From NCBI GenBank assembly GCA_051003195.1, contig JBPCLP010000015.1, positions 1 through 57,788 on the forward strand: a stretch of DNA of 57,788 nt, read 5' to 3'. The notes under the pieces were generated by a model. It was not told where the DNA came from. It did no database searches and saw nothing but the letters and a program-made list of their open reading frames with translations. The DNA comes from Candidatus Sumerlaeaceae bacterium. Lineage in GTDB: Bacteria > Sumerlaeota > Sumerlaeia > Sumerlaeales > Sumerlaeaceae. Position 1 is the first letter of the stretch. Each line of letters begins with the position of its first letter. This document shows positions 29,185-39,537 of the stretch, piece after piece. The translations under genes were made by a program, and so were the position numbers.

Positions 29185-29996
29185 AGAAAGAGGAAGATCT
29201 GATTTCCACGCTTCGCGATGCACAGGCTTATCTCCGATGGATTCAAGGCCTCGGACAGGTGATTCAGTTGGAAGCTCATTCCGCGACCCAGGCGCCTGGA
29301 ACTGAAATATCAAAACCTCGAACCATAGTCCAATGCCAGACGGAGTCCGACATGACAGAAAAAGCGACTATAGCAGACCGTGTGGTGAAAGCTGCCAGTA
29401 CAGCTGTAGCCAGCGGAGCCGCGTGCGAAATTCCGCCTGAAAAAGATCAGCGGCTGGAGCGACTCGATCACATCGTACAGGCATGCCGCAAGTGCCGGCT
29501 GGGTTATTCGCGCACGCAGGCAGTGTTTGGAAGCGGCAGCCGCACGGCCGACCTCATGTTTATCGGCGAGGCACCCGGTGCCAACGAGGACAAGACCGGT
29601 TTGCCCTTTGTCGGCCAGGCTGGCAAGGTGCTCAATGCTGAACTGGAAAAGAACGGCATCACGCGAGACGAGGTGTTTATCTGTAACATCATCAAGTGCC
29701 GGCCACCTGATAATCGTGACCCTCTACCGGATGAAATTGAGGCGTGCGTTCCGTACCTGCATGAGCAGATCGAACTCATCCGGCCAAAAATGCTTTGTGG
29801 ACTGGGACGGTATGCGTGTAGCGTACTGATGGCAGAGGCGATCAAGATCATGAAGATTCGGGGATCCTGGTCGACCTACCAGGGGCTACCCATGTTTGTG
29901 TGTCTGCACCCCAGCGCAGTCCTGCACCAGCCAAATAACCGGCAGTTATTTAACGACGACATTGCGAAACTGGCAAAGGCATACCGGGAGAGATAG
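29181..29996 (+). CDS. Uracil-DNA glycosylase, family 4
   Basis: Motifs [30 protein letters not shown] and HPSA. GTG start overlaps the upstream TGA (GTGA). Confidence 0.92.
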   Translation: MKKEEDLISTLRDAQAYLRWIQGLGQVIQLEAHSATQAPGTEISKPRTIVQCQTESDMTEKATIADRVVKAASTAVASGAACEIPPEKDQRLERLDHIVQACRKCRLGYSRTQAVFGSGSRTADLMFIGEAPGANEDKTGLPFVGQAGKVLNAELEKNGITRDEVFICNIIKCRPPDNRDPLPDEIEACVPYLHEQIELIRPKMLCGLGRYACSVLMAEAIKIMKIRGSWSTYQGLPMFVCLHPSAVLHQPNNRQLFNDDIAKLAKAYRER

Positions 29997-30053
29997 CCAG
30001 CAGCCATGAATCTGAGGCGAACCTTGCTACCAGGCGGCTGGACAAAATAAAGA

Positions 30054-30082
30054 AAAGGCGGGAGCTTAGAGCTCCCGCCTTT
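30054..30082. terminator. Probable bidirectional intrinsic terminator
   Basis: AAAGGCGGGAGCT-TAG-AGCTCCCGCCTTT perfect 13-bp inverted repeat between convergent genes. Confidence 0.8.
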
Positions 30083-30140
30083 ATCGTGCCGTTTTCCGGA
30101 AAGCGGCGCGCTCTGGTAACGCTCCGCGTTTAAACGACTG

Positions 30141-30716
30141 TTAGTCCCAGGGATTGGGGCCGAGGTCGTCGCACTGTAAGTCGATCAGGACGAAACCGGC
30201 AACGAAGTCCACAGCCTCTACGAGAGAGACAGCGGCTTGTGCGCCGATGATGCCCAGGTGCAAATCTACACCCACTTCAGACGGATCGCGCTGCAGGCAG
30301 CCATTGACGCAACCGAGGAAGCCGATACCGGCCTCATCAATCTTTTCGTCATAGACCGGCATTACGCGGCCCTTAAACCCGAAACGGGTTGTGCAGTAGT
30401 TCCCCATGCCGATTTCAGCCAGCTCTGTTGCACGGACGTTAAATCCGAAACCACAGCCGATGCCGATGCTCGCACGGAAGATGTCAATCGCGTCCAGCAC
30501 GCGATTGGGTGCATAATACAGGACCAGGTCCACAAGACTGCTACCAGTGGACTGACCATTATACGGTTGCGCGGTCGCACACGGCGCCGGCCCACATGCG
30601 GGCGGCGGAGCCATAGGGCGGCCGGGCATCTCACCACCGGCCATTGCGGGCACGGCGGTAAGGGTTAGCGCAGCCGCTGCAGCAAGCGAAGCCAACGCCT
30701 TCGAGAAAGTAGCCAT
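30141..30716 (-). CDS. Hypothetical exported protein
   Basis: AGGAG RBS, signal peptide ending AMA, Gly-rich beta-type C-terminal part; no function recognised. Confidence 0.75.
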   Translation of the reverse strand: MATFSKALASLAAAAALTLTAVPAMAGGEMPGRPMAPPPACGPAPCATAQPYNGQSTGSSLVDLVLYYAPNRVLDAIDIFRASIGIGCGFGFNVRATELAEIGMGNYCTTRFGFKGRVMPVYDEKIDEAGIGFLGCVNGCLQRDPSEVGVDLHLGIIGAQAAVSLVEAVDFVAGFVLIDLQCDDLGPNPWD

Positions 30717-30916
30717 TCTACTTCTCCTTTCCTCAAGTTAGATTGCTATTCGAGCGAATCTGGGCGGGATCACAATGACTGCTGCTGGGCAAAGCAAGAG
30801 GAAAATGCAGAATCCTCGCGCAAAAAAGCGCGCAGTTCCGCACGGTGGCCGCTCGGTGCAACTTTTCGCGGCTGCCCTACTGGTTCTGTTGGACAAAGCA
30901 TCGTCGGGAAAGTTCC

Positions 30917-32371
30917 ATGTTATATATGCCAGGCATCAAAATAGACCAGCTCGAGGCCCTCAGCGCCGTTAACGTGATGGTAGTTGGTGATATGATCCTA
31001 GACCATTATGTCCGCGGATACACCGAGCGTACTTCTCCGGAGGCCCCTGTGCCGGTGGTCGTATTCGAAAGTGAGCAATCTATACCCGGGGGCGCCGCAA
31101 ACGTCGCGCGGAACATTGCCGCTGCCGGTGCGAGGGTTTCATGCCTGGGCGTTATCGGCGACGACTCGGAGGGCGAGTTGCTGAAAGCATCACTGCTTGA
31201 AGCTAACGTGGCAGTTGACGGCATCATCTCCAGCCAGGGCGAGCGTACTACAACAAAGACCCGGGTCGTGTCGCAGGGACAACAAGTCGTGCGGCTGGAT
31301 CGCGAAGGAAGTCACAAGCTTTCCGGCAATGCTGAATCCCAGATTCTTCGCCTGATCGGCTCGCAATCGGCAGCGGGCGCGATTCTGCTTTCGGACTATG
31401 CCAAAGGTGTTTTGACGGACTCGATTATTCGAGCGGCTTTTGCTGCGGGCGCAAAAGCAGGCGTTCCCGTAATTGTGGATCCGAAAGGGCGCGACTATGC
31501 GCGCTATCGAGGGGCTTATGCATTAACGCCGAATGCGCGTGAAGCCCATGAAGCTACCGGAGTTTCCACGGCAGATCCCGAAGGTCTCACGCAGGCGTCC
31601 CGGGTCATTTTCGAAATGACCGACTGCCAGTTGCTCGCCATCACGCGCGGAGCGCACGGAGTTGCAGTATTCCAGCGCGGGCAAGCGCCTTTATTTTTGC
31701 CCACCACCGCGCGCGAGGTTTTCGATGTGACCGGTGCAGGTGACACCTTTGTCGGGTGGCTGGCAATGGGATGTGCGGGTGGACTCGCGGCGGAAATTTG
31801 CGCGAGTATCGCAAACGCTGCCGCAGGAGTTGTCGTCAGTAAGAGCGGTGCGGCAGTCGCCACACTGCCTGAAGTTCGGGGGGCTCTTATGCCAGGTCGG
31901 GTCGGGCGAAAGCTGCGACAGGTATCGGACCTGGAAAAACTTGGCAACGATCTGCGCTCTGAGGGCAAACGAATCGTGTTCACAAATGGCTGCTTCGATT
32001 TTCTCCACGCGGGGCACGTCGCCTTTCTGCAGGACGCACGTGCACTTGGCGACGTGCTTGTGCTTGCGACAAATACTGATACAATGATCCATCGACTTAA
32101 AGGCGAAGGCCGCCCTGTAATTGCAGAAGAACAACGGCTCTCCATGCTCGCCTCCATCGAGGCAGTCGATTACCTGGTGCCGTTTCCAGATGAGACACCA
32201 CATGCTTTACTTGCCGCCTTACGTCCGCACCTGCTGGTCAAAGGTAGTAATTATAGCATGGACCAGGTCGAGGGTCACGAAATCGTGGAGAGCTATAGTG
32301 GAGAAGTTCGGCTGTTGGAAGTTTTGCCATCCATCGTCACGCATGAGCTCCTGGCTCAGCGCAAGAACTGA
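30917..32371 (+). CDS. hldE: Bifunctional heptose-7-phosphate kinase / heptose-1-phosphate adenylyltransferase
   Basis: Motifs SPEAPVPV, GGAANVA, SDYAKG, DPKG, DVTGAGDT and FTNGCFDFLHAGH. Confidence 0.93.
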   Translation: MLYMPGIKIDQLEALSAVNVMVVGDMILDHYVRGYTERTSPEAPVPVVVFESEQSIPGGAANVARNIAAAGARVSCLGVIGDDSEGELLKASLLEANVAVDGIISSQGERTTTKTRVVSQGQQVVRLDREGSHKLSGNAESQILRLIGSQSAAGAILLSDYAKGVLTDSIIRAAFAAGAKAGVPVIVDPKGRDYARYRGAYALTPNAREAHEATGVSTADPEGLTQASRVIFEMTDCQLLAITRGAHGVAVFQRGQAPLFLPTTAREVFDVTGAGDTFVGWLAMGCAGGLAAEICASIANAAAGVVVSKSGAAVATLPEVRGALMPGRVGRKLRQVSDLEKLGNDLRSEGKRIVFTNGCFDFLHAGHVAFLQDARALGDVLVLATNTDTMIHRLKGEGRPVIAEEQRLSMLASIEAVDYLVPFPDETPHALLAALRPHLLVKGSNYSMDQVEGHEIVESYSGEVRLLEVLPSIVTHELLAQRKN

Positions 32372-32372
32372 A

Positions 32373-32933
32373 CTACAGAGGAGGAGTTGTGATTTTTGTC
32401 AACGTGGTGCCCTGTGCGTTACCGGCAGCCATACGCCTCCAAAGTGGACTGGTTGTCAACGCTGTGTAGGAGAGCGGCATTGACATCGTGTAGCCGGGTC
32501 GAAGCACCCGCACGTTGTGGATTTCTCCCAGCGCATTGACGCTTACCCACGCGTCCCTGTATGCCGCAGGCAGGAATTTGCGGAACCTGGATGGCACGAA
32601 CATATAAGCGCCCTTGAGAAGGGTGGGTGTCCGCGAATCCATGCGCACTATTTGTACGGGGTTTTCCGGGGGTGCGGGCAAAATGTAGTTCGAACTTTCC
32701 AGCTTCAGGCGCACCTCGGCCCACGGGTCCCCAGGTTTGGCCAACTCCTCAAACTTTTTAACACGGCCTTCGCGCGTGATCACCGGGATCATATCAACCG
32801 CCGCAAATCCTGCAACCAGCACAACGGCTGCCGCGACAACCAGCATCCACATTGCAGCGCCATGGTGGTGTGCACGATGCCCATCGCTCTCTCGCCCGTT
32901 CTCGTTTTCCCGGTTACCGCTGCTGGTACTCAT
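32373..32933 (-). CDS. Hypothetical single-pass membrane protein
   Basis: Fills the gap between hldE and gatA; one hydrophobic helix near the N-terminus. Confidence 0.6.
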   Translation of the reverse strand: MSTSSGNRENENGRESDGHRAHHHGAAMWMLVVAAAVVLVAGFAAVDMIPVITREGRVKKFEELAKPGDPWAEVRLKLESSNYILPAPPENPVQIVRMDSRTPTLLKGAYMFVPSRFRKFLPAAYRDAWVSVNALGEIHNVRVLRPGYTMSMPLSYTALTTSPLWRRMAAGNAQGTTLTKITTPPL

Positions 32934-33040
32934 TTTGAAAACATTGTTCGGACGTTCCGCCCTGTCCAGCTTTCATGTTCCCGCAGCCGGGCGCAAATCC
33001 CTTGCGACGCCCGATTCGAATCGCAAAAACCTTGCTCTCA

Positions 33041-34504
33041 GTGACACAGCTTTACGCCAGAACTGTACACGAACTACGCGATCTCCTCCGCCGCCGAGAA
33101 ACTTCCAGCGTGGAGATCACGCGCTCAGTCATGGACCGTATCAATCAAGTCGAGCAGCGCATCCATGGCTATGTAACTGTTATGGCTGAGCAGGCCATGC
33201 ATATGGCCAGCGACGCGGACAAGGCGCTCGCGTCGGGTGACGCGCAAGCCGCGCTGGCTGGCATTCCTGTCGCGCTGAAAGATAACATGTGCACGCGGGG
33301 CACACTCACCACCTGCTCCTCAAAAATTCTTTCGAACTTTGTACCGCCCTACGACGCCACGGTCGTCGACCGCCTTCGTGGTGAATTCGCCGTCTTCACC
33401 GGCAAGACCAACATGGACGAGTTCGCGATGGGCTCCTCGACGGAAAATTCCGGCATTAAGAAAACCTACAATCCATGGGATCTTGAGCGCATTCCGGGGG
33501 GGTCCAGCGGCGGCAGCGCGGCGTCGGTGGCCAGCGACATGTGTATCGCGGCACTGGGCAGCGACACAGGCGGTTCCATCCGGCAGCCTGCAGCGCTTTG
33601 CGGCTGCGTGGGCGTGAAGCCGACCTATGGTCTTGTTTCGCGGTTTGGTCTTGTGGCGTTTGCCAGCAGCCTCGACCAGATTGGCCCGCTCACAAAAGAT
33701 GTTGAAGACGCTGCGCTGATGATGAATGCTATTGTGGGGCATGACTCCATGGATTCCACCAGCGCAAACGTCCACGCGCCGGATTACACAAGCTTTCTGA
33801 ACAAGCCGATCAAAGGCATGCGTGTCGGCCTGCCGAAGGAGTTCTTTGGCGAAGGCATGGATATCGAAGTGCGCGCGGCGATCGACGCTGCAGTTGCCAA
33901 GCTTCAGGAACTCGGCGCAGAAATGATCGAAGTCGAATTGCAGCATTCACCCTACGCAGTTGCGACCTACTATATCTGCGCGACAGCCGAAGCCAGCAGC
34001 AATCTCGCCCGCTACGATGGCGCACAATATGGCCTGCGCGCACGCGACGTCGACAATGTGATCGACATGTACAGCCGCACGCGCAGCCAGGGCTTCGGCG
34101 CTGAAGTGAAACGCCGGATCATGCTTGGCACCTACGGCCTAAGCGCCGGGCTCTACGACGATTTCTACCTGAAATCGCTGAAAGTTCGCACCTTGATCCA
34201 GCGCGACTTTGAAGCGGCATTCAAGAGGTGTGATATTATCGCCGGGCCCACAACGCCGACTGCTGCCTTCCGGGCCGGAGAAAAGACCGACGATCCGCTG
34301 GCAATGTATCTTAGTGATATTTACACAATCAGCGTGAACCTCGCCGGCATCGGCGCAATCAGCCAGCCCTGCGGCTTCACAAAATCAAATCTGCCCATCG
34401 GTCTGCAGCTCATCTGCCCCGCCTTTGAAGAGGGCCGTCTCTTCACCGCAGCGCACGCATACGAGCAGGCGACGCGTTGGCACCAGAAGCGACCGGAGTT
34501 GTAA
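33041..34504 (+). CDS. gatA: Asp-tRNA(Asn)/Glu-tRNA(Gln) amidotransferase subunit A
   Basis: Motifs KDN, GKTNMDEFAMGSSTE, PGGSSGGS, LGSDTGGSIRQPA, SNLARYDG and EVKRRIMLGT. ORF open from 32975; GTG 33041 fits GatA length. Confidence 0.95.
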   Translation: MTQLYARTVHELRDLLRRRETSSVEITRSVMDRINQVEQRIHGYVTVMAEQAMHMASDADKALASGDAQAALAGIPVALKDNMCTRGTLTTCSSKILSNFVPPYDATVVDRLRGEFAVFTGKTNMDEFAMGSSTENSGIKKTYNPWDLERIPGGSSGGSAASVASDMCIAALGSDTGGSIRQPAALCGCVGVKPTYGLVSRFGLVAFASSLDQIGPLTKDVEDAALMMNAIVGHDSMDSTSANVHAPDYTSFLNKPIKGMRVGLPKEFFGEGMDIEVRAAIDAAVAKLQELGAEMIEVELQHSPYAVATYYICATAEASSNLARYDGAQYGLRARDVDNVIDMYSRTRSQGFGAEVKRRIMLGTYGLSAGLYDDFYLKSLKVRTLIQRDFEAAFKRCDIIAGPTTPTAAFRAGEKTDDPLAMYLSDIYTISVNLAGIGAISQPCGFTKSNLPIGLQLICPAFEEGRLFTAAHAYEQATRWHQKRPEL

Positions 34505-34590
34505 AAACAAAGCATTCCCACGCCGCGGCATAATATAGGTCCTATAAGCCCTCAAAGACCGATAGATATTTACCTGCCGAAGCATCTCGC

Positions 34591-34617
34591 TGTAAGGTTT
34601 CGCTAAATCCGGTTACT
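34591..34617 (+). promoter_or_regulatory. Candidate ECF-sigma autoregulated promoter
   Basis: TGTAAG-15 nt-GTTACT, ending 10 nt before the ECF ATG; no clear SD. Resembles ECF-type -35/-10 elements (inference). Confidence 0.35.
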
Positions 34618-34627
34618 AGTTTAGCAA

Positions 34628-35158
34628 ATGCACAGTCTGGAAACCGCCGCGGCACAAGAACAGACCTTCAGGCGCTGGATGGATCAGCACCAGGGCCTGC
34701 TGTTTAAGGTTATCCGCAGTCACGAAGCCGACCCCGATAATCAACAGGACCTCCTTCAGCAAATCCTGGTGCAGCTTTGGCAATCGGCGGCTTCGTATAG
34801 CGGGCAGTGCAAGGAGACCACGTGGATCTATCGCGTGGCCCTGAACACCGCATGCTGCTGGGTTCGCAATGCAAGGCGGCGGCGCGCACGCCATGAGCGC
34901 GTTGCTGCATTCGCGGAGACAGAAGCCGCATCCGTCGACCCGCAACAGCTGGTCATGGCACGTGCCCAATTGGAGCAATTATACGCCGGCATTCGTCAAT
35001 TGCAACATGCGGATGCATCGCTTATCATTATGCATCTCGATGGCCTCGCCTATCGAGACATTGGCGAGGTGCTGGGACTCTCGGAAACAAACGTGGGCGC
35101 AAAGCTCTCTCGCGCGCGCAAACAACTCGCACAAATCATTGGAGATTACGAACAATGA
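34628..35158 (+). CDS. ECF RNA polymerase sigma factor
   Basis: Region 2 DLLQQI...W...TTWIYRVALN; region 4 GLAYRDIGEVLGLSETNVGAKLSRAR. Confidence 0.92.
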   Translation: MHSLETAAAQEQTFRRWMDQHQGLLFKVIRSHEADPDNQQDLLQQILVQLWQSAASYSGQCKETTWIYRVALNTACCWVRNARRRRARHERVAAFAETEAASVDPQQLVMARAQLEQLYAGIRQLQHADASLIIMHLDGLAYRDIGEVLGLSETNVGAKLSRARKQLAQIIGDYEQ

Positions 35159-35757
35159 ACATTACAACCTTCGAGGCAGCATGGAACACTCAACCGCACG
35201 GTCGCATCACCATTGATATGGACATATTGGTGAATGAAGTACGGCAAAACGATGCGCAGTTTCGCGCGACGATCTTCTGGCGCGACGCGCGCGAGATCAT
35301 CATAGCCTTGCTGATCGTCCCGATTTTCTGGTACATGGGGCAGCGGCTGCATAAGCCGTGGACCTGGTACCTTGTGATACCGGCGGTGCTGTGGATTGCG
35401 AGTTTCATGCTGGTGGATCGATTCCTGCGAAAAGGCAAACGGGCGCAGCCCGGCGCCGACTTTCGAGCCTTCGTAATAAGCTCTCTTGCGGAAGTACGGC
35501 ATCAGGTCTGGCTGCTTCGCAATGTTGCCTGGTGGTACCTGATGCCCATCGCTCTTGCGTTTACTATCGATACCATTCCTGGCCTGTGGGCACGCACCCA
35601 ACTCGATTCCGCTCGCGTGGTCGGCTCATTGCTTGGGCTGGCAGTCGTGTACGCGGTTTTTGCCGGCATCTGGTGGCTGAACCAGTACGTAGTTCGCAAA
35701 GACCTGGAGCCTCGGGCCTCACAACTTAAGAAACTGCTGGCGGAGCTGGAATCGTGA
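35155..35757 (+). CDS. Four-TM membrane protein, probable anti-sigma partner
   Basis: ATGA overlap with the ECF gene; four hydrophobic segments; LLRNVAWWYL. Confidence 0.75.
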   Translation: MNITTFEAAWNTQPHGRITIDMDILVNEVRQNDAQFRATIFWRDAREIIIALLIVPIFWYMGQRLHKPWTWYLVIPAVLWIASFMLVDRFLRKGKRAQPGADFRAFVISSLAEVRHQVWLLRNVAWWYLMPIALAFTIDTIPGLWARTQLDSARVVGSLLGLAVVYAVFAGIWWLNQYVVRKDLEPRASQLKKLLAELES

Positions 35758-36905
35758 GGGCGCGCAGACGCATCTGGCTATCCGCAGGAGCGGTGCTGCA
35801 GCTTTGCTGCGCGGGTAGCCTGGCAGCGGAGACTTCTGCAGCCGCTTCCCTCGCAACTGACATGACCTCCCTGTTGGAGCCAATACGCGAAAAACACAAG
35901 CTACCTGCACTCGCCGCAGCCGTGGTAATCGACGGCGAAGTGGCGGCACAGGGAGTTGTTGGAGTGCGAAAGCTTGACTCGCCGGAGATCGCCACCATCA
36001 GCGACAAGTTTCATCTGGGTTCCTGCACCAAAGCCATGACCGCGACACTGTTGGGCACACTGATCGATGAGGGAAAGCTGCGCTGGGATTCTACGCTTGG
36101 CGACGTGTTTCCTGAGCATCGTGGCGAAATAAACGAAGCATACACCAGTGTCACCGTGGAACAACTGCTGAACCACCGCGGCGGTTTCCCCGGAGAGACT
36201 GCCCCACCTGGAAAGTCACTGAGGGATATTCATGCGCTACCGGGCACAGAATGCGAGCAGCGGATGGCGTACATCCGGATGATGTGGAAGGCCAGGCCGG
36301 AAGCGCCGCCGGGCACCAGGTACATCTACTCTAATGCGGGCTATACGGTCGCCGGTGCCATCGCAGAGAAAGTGGCTGGTACACCATACGCCGAGCTTGT
36401 CGAGACGCGCGTTTTTCGTCCGCTTGGAATCAATTCAGCAGGGTTCGGTGCAATGGGAACTGTTGGCAAGGTCGACCAGCCCTGGCCGCACATCCATCAA
36501 TTCGGGATGCGAGTGCCGGTCGAACCCGGCCCGCGCAGCGACAACCCTGCCGCTATTACGCCGGCAGGCCGGGTGCACTGCTCCATAGGAGACTGGGCCA
36601 AGTTTGCAGCGGCCCATGCATGCGGCGAAACCATGGGCGGATTGCTGAAGCCCGAAACCTATAAGCGCCTGCACACTCCTGCGCAGGATCAGGACTATGT
36701 TGGCGGCTGGGCAGTCGTGAATCGACCATGGGGTGGCGGGCGCGTACTCACTCATGCCGGCAGCAACACGATGAACTATGCCGTGGTGTGGGTGGCGCCT
36801 GCGCGACGCTTTGCAGTTGTGATTGCGACCAACATTGACGACGCTCACGCCGCCTGCGACACCGTTGCGGGTGCGTGTATCAAAAAGTACCTGCCGCCCA
36901 GGTAG
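35754..36905 (+). CDS. Exported serine hydrolase, beta-lactamase/AmpC-like family
   Basis: SCTK (SxxK), LLNHRGG, YSN and HAGS motifs; signal peptide; GTGA overlap with the upstream gene. Confidence 0.9.
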   Translation: MRARRRIWLSAGAVLQLCCAGSLAAETSAAASLATDMTSLLEPIREKHKLPALAAAVVIDGEVAAQGVVGVRKLDSPEIATISDKFHLGSCTKAMTATLLGTLIDEGKLRWDSTLGDVFPEHRGEINEAYTSVTVEQLLNHRGGFPGETAPPGKSLRDIHALPGTECEQRMAYIRMMWKARPEAPPGTRYIYSNAGYTVAGAIAEKVAGTPYAELVETRVFRPLGINSAGFGAMGTVGKVDQPWPHIHQFGMRVPVEPGPRSDNPAAITPAGRVHCSIGDWAKFAAAHACGETMGGLLKPETYKRLHTPAQDQDYVGGWAVVNRPWGGGRVLTHAGSNTMNYAVVWVAPARRFAVVIATNIDDAHAACDTVAGACIKKYLPPR

Positions 36906-36923
36906 ACGGCAGATGGTGCCGCG

Positions 36924-37373
36924 CTAGCCGCGGGTTGGTCGGCTAATTTCCTGCACCGTTGCACCAGCATCGGATGGGGAAAGGGCTCGGGCAATATCGG
37001 CCTGCGCAACAACCCCGATACACTTACCGTCCTTGTCAGCCACCAGCACCCGGCGCACCTGGTTTTCTTCCATCAGCTTCTGGCAATCGTTGGCGGTTGC
37101 CTCCGGACCGATCGTCACCATCGGTGCCGACATTACCTGCTCCACCGGTGTGTTGGGCGGCAGACCTTTGGCAACGCCCCGGCAGGCGATGTCTCGATCC
37201 GTTACCACCCCGATCAAGTTTGCGGATCCGCTATTTGCGGTCACAGGTAAAACGCCCACGTTTTTTTCCGACATTAAAGTCGCAGCATCCTGGATGCTGT
37301 CTGCGGGCGAGCAGGTCACCACGTCCGAAGTCATCAAGTCTCGTACAGCAGGATTTTTCCCAGCCATAGCCAT
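36924..37373 (-). CDS. CBS domain pair protein
   Basis: VRDLMT...GVLPV...GVVTDRDI and second repeat RRVLV...GVVAQADI. GGAGG lies 7 nt before ATG 37373. Confidence 0.92.
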   Translation of the reverse strand: MAMAGKNPAVRDLMTSDVVTCSPADSIQDAATLMSEKNVGVLPVTANSGSANLIGVVTDRDIACRGVAKGLPPNTPVEQVMSAPMVTIGPEATANDCQKLMEENQVRRVLVADKDGKCIGVVAQADIARALSPSDAGATVQEISRPTRG

Positions 37374-37407
37374 CACCACACCTCCAGGTTAGATAACGTG
37401 AATGGCA

Positions 37408-37424
37408 TGCAATAGTGGTGCCCA
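37408..37424 (-). promoter_or_regulatory. Candidate sigma-54 (-24/-12) promoter of the CBS gene
   Basis: Minus strand TGGGCACCACTATTGCA = GGCAC-N5-TTGCA with exact GG-N10-GC spacing, just upstream of the RBS. Confidence 0.55.
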
Positions 37425-37585
37425 GCAGGCGAATCTTCGCTTTATCGTTCCTCAGCACCTAAATTTGAGTCTTGAAGAGGCGCACTGGGACACCCGATAA
37501 ATAGTTAACTCTGTCCGCGACAAATCCCGCGTCGAACTTCTCCGTTGCGCTTTGACCCACAGCCTCACGCAAATCCTCACAAGCT

Positions 37586-39457
37586 ATGGCAGTGGAATCT
37601 CAAGGTGAACCCGATCCCAACTCCCCTCTCGGTCGGACGCGCCATTCCAGTCCCGACCGAACCAGCGACGACATGCATGCGCCCTCGACTCCGCAGGCTG
37701 GTGCGCCAGGCGGAACATCCACTCCACACGCGTCCTGGCGCGACTACCTTTTCATGGCCGCACTGCTGGCCCTTTTTGCTTACCAGTCCCTTCGCGCCGC
37801 GGACGGCAAAAGCCCAGCCGCCGAGACCTTTTCAAATTACGGATACGGACGTATTCTGCTTACCGGCGACACGCAAAACTGGACGGAATTCGCTCGCGAG
37901 GGCTCTGTCCCCGCGGCTGCGTTGTTTACCATATTCGCCGACTGGCGCACCCACCTTTCAAAATGGCTTGGTGATCCCAAGCCTTATGAGTTTCTGCCTT
38001 ACACCCTCCCGGACGTGCATTGGGTTGCCTTGCCATCGCTGCTGCTCACGCTGGTCGCTCTCGGGTTGCTATGGTGGTTCATGCGGCGCGCGGTCAGCCC
38101 AGGCGCCGCGGCCGCCACCCTGCTGGTGGCGACATTTGAACCGAACCTGCTGGGCTTATCCCATTTTGCGACGTTAGACGCGGCGCGAATGGCGGGATTT
38201 CTTGCCGGGTGCGTAGCCATGCACTTCTACTGGCGAAAGCCAACCGTCGGACATCTTATTAGTTCCGCAGTCGTAATTGCGGCCGCACAACTTACCGGTC
38301 TCTCCAACCTGCTCCTCTATCTTATTGTGGCAGTCGTCATTCTTCTGCGGGAACTTCGCGATGAACGCACCGCATCTTCGCCGGGGTCAATCCACAGGTG
38401 GCGCGATATCAGCATCCACGGTTTTGGTGCAGCTTTCGTCCTGGCGACGGCCTTTGTCCTGGTGTTGAACCTGGCCTACTGGAAAATCCCTGACGCGAAG
38501 GTGTTGGACGCCATTCGAAACACACCCTCGGCCGAGCTGATAACGCGGCATGCACCGATTTTGTCGCGCCTGCAACCTGTCATTCCGCTCGGCTACACAT
38601 GGAGCGTCGCAAAGGCAGTACAGCAAAACGCTGCCGGTCATTGGGCCTACTTACATGGTCATTTCAGTATGCATGGATGGTGGTACTACTTCCCGGTCGC
38701 ACTTGGCCTCAAGCTGCCACTCCTCGTCCTGGCACTGGCTCTTGCCGGATTGGTATGGATGGCAGTGAGTGCCCGCGCCCGCGCGCTCTCACTACTGGTC
38801 ATTCCAGCGGCAATATATCTCGCGTTTTATTGCCTCTACGTGCATATCAATACAGGCGTGCGGCAGGTGCTCCCCGTAGTGCCAGCCCTGCTGGGACTTG
38901 CGGGGTTCGCCCTGTGGCGAATCGCGGAACTGGCGCGCGAGTGGAAAGGAAGCGTCTATGCGCTGTGCACCAGCGCCCTCGTCTGGCAATCGGTGATGGC
39001 GTTTCCTCATTACGAGCAGTTCTTCAATATGTTTGCCCGCGGCCCCGAAGAGGGGTGGAAATGGCTGGCGGATTCAAACATCGACTTTGGCCAGGAGGAG
39101 TACGTTTTGCGCAAGTGGGTTAAGAAAAACAGGGGCCGCGTGACCATTAATCCAACCGCACCGACTCCCGGAATATTGCTAATACGCGCCGTGGACTGCG
39201 TAGGCATGACACCCCAGGCCACCCGCGCAAATAAATGGCTGCGCGAAGGCTTCGAGCCGGTGAAGCGGCCCAGCCCCGCGCTCATGGTGTACGATGTTCC
39301 CAGCAGTGCGGTGGTCGCGTTGCGCGCCCGAATGATTTACGACCGCAGTCGGCGCCCGCTGTCCGCTCGAGCAGGCATCCGCGCACAACAACTCCAAAAA
39401 ATGCGCGCCCGCGCCGCCGAACGCCAGACCAGTGGCACAGGCAGCGCTCTCGAGTAG
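37586..39457 (+). CDS. Membrane GT-C glycosyltransferase (ArnT/PMT-like)
   Basis: Many TM helices; motifs EPNLLG...ATLD, GWWYYFPVA..K, NTGVR and DSNIDFGQ. Confidence 0.78.
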   Translation: MAVESQGEPDPNSPLGRTRHSSPDRTSDDMHAPSTPQAGAPGGTSTPHASWRDYLFMAALLALFAYQSLRAADGKSPAAETFSNYGYGRILLTGDTQNWTEFAREGSVPAAALFTIFADWRTHLSKWLGDPKPYEFLPYTLPDVHWVALPSLLLTLVALGLLWWFMRRAVSPGAAAATLLVATFEPNLLGLSHFATLDAARMAGFLAGCVAMHFYWRKPTVGHLISSAVVIAAAQLTGLSNLLLYLIVAVVILLRELRDERTASSPGSIHRWRDISIHGFGAAFVLATAFVLVLNLAYWKIPDAKVLDAIRNTPSAELITRHAPILSRLQPVIPLGYTWSVAKAVQQNAAGHWAYLHGHFSMHGWWYYFPVALGLKLPLLVLALALAGLVWMAVSARARALSLLVIPAAIYLAFYCLYVHINTGVRQVLPVVPALLGLAGFALWRIAELAREWKGSVYALCTSALVWQSVMAFPHYEQFFNMFARGPEEGWKWLADSNIDFGQEEYVLRKWVKKNRGRVTINPTAPTPGILLIRAVDCVGMTPQATRANKWLREGFEPVKRPSPALMVYDVPSSAVVALRARMIYDRSRRPLSARAGIRAQQLQKMRARAAERQTSGTGSALE

Positions 39458-39537
39458 CGCACCACTTGCGGCTTGCATTGATGCGTCTGCAACTGCCTTA
39501 GCACATTTCGATTTAATACCATTCTGGAAAGGTTCGT

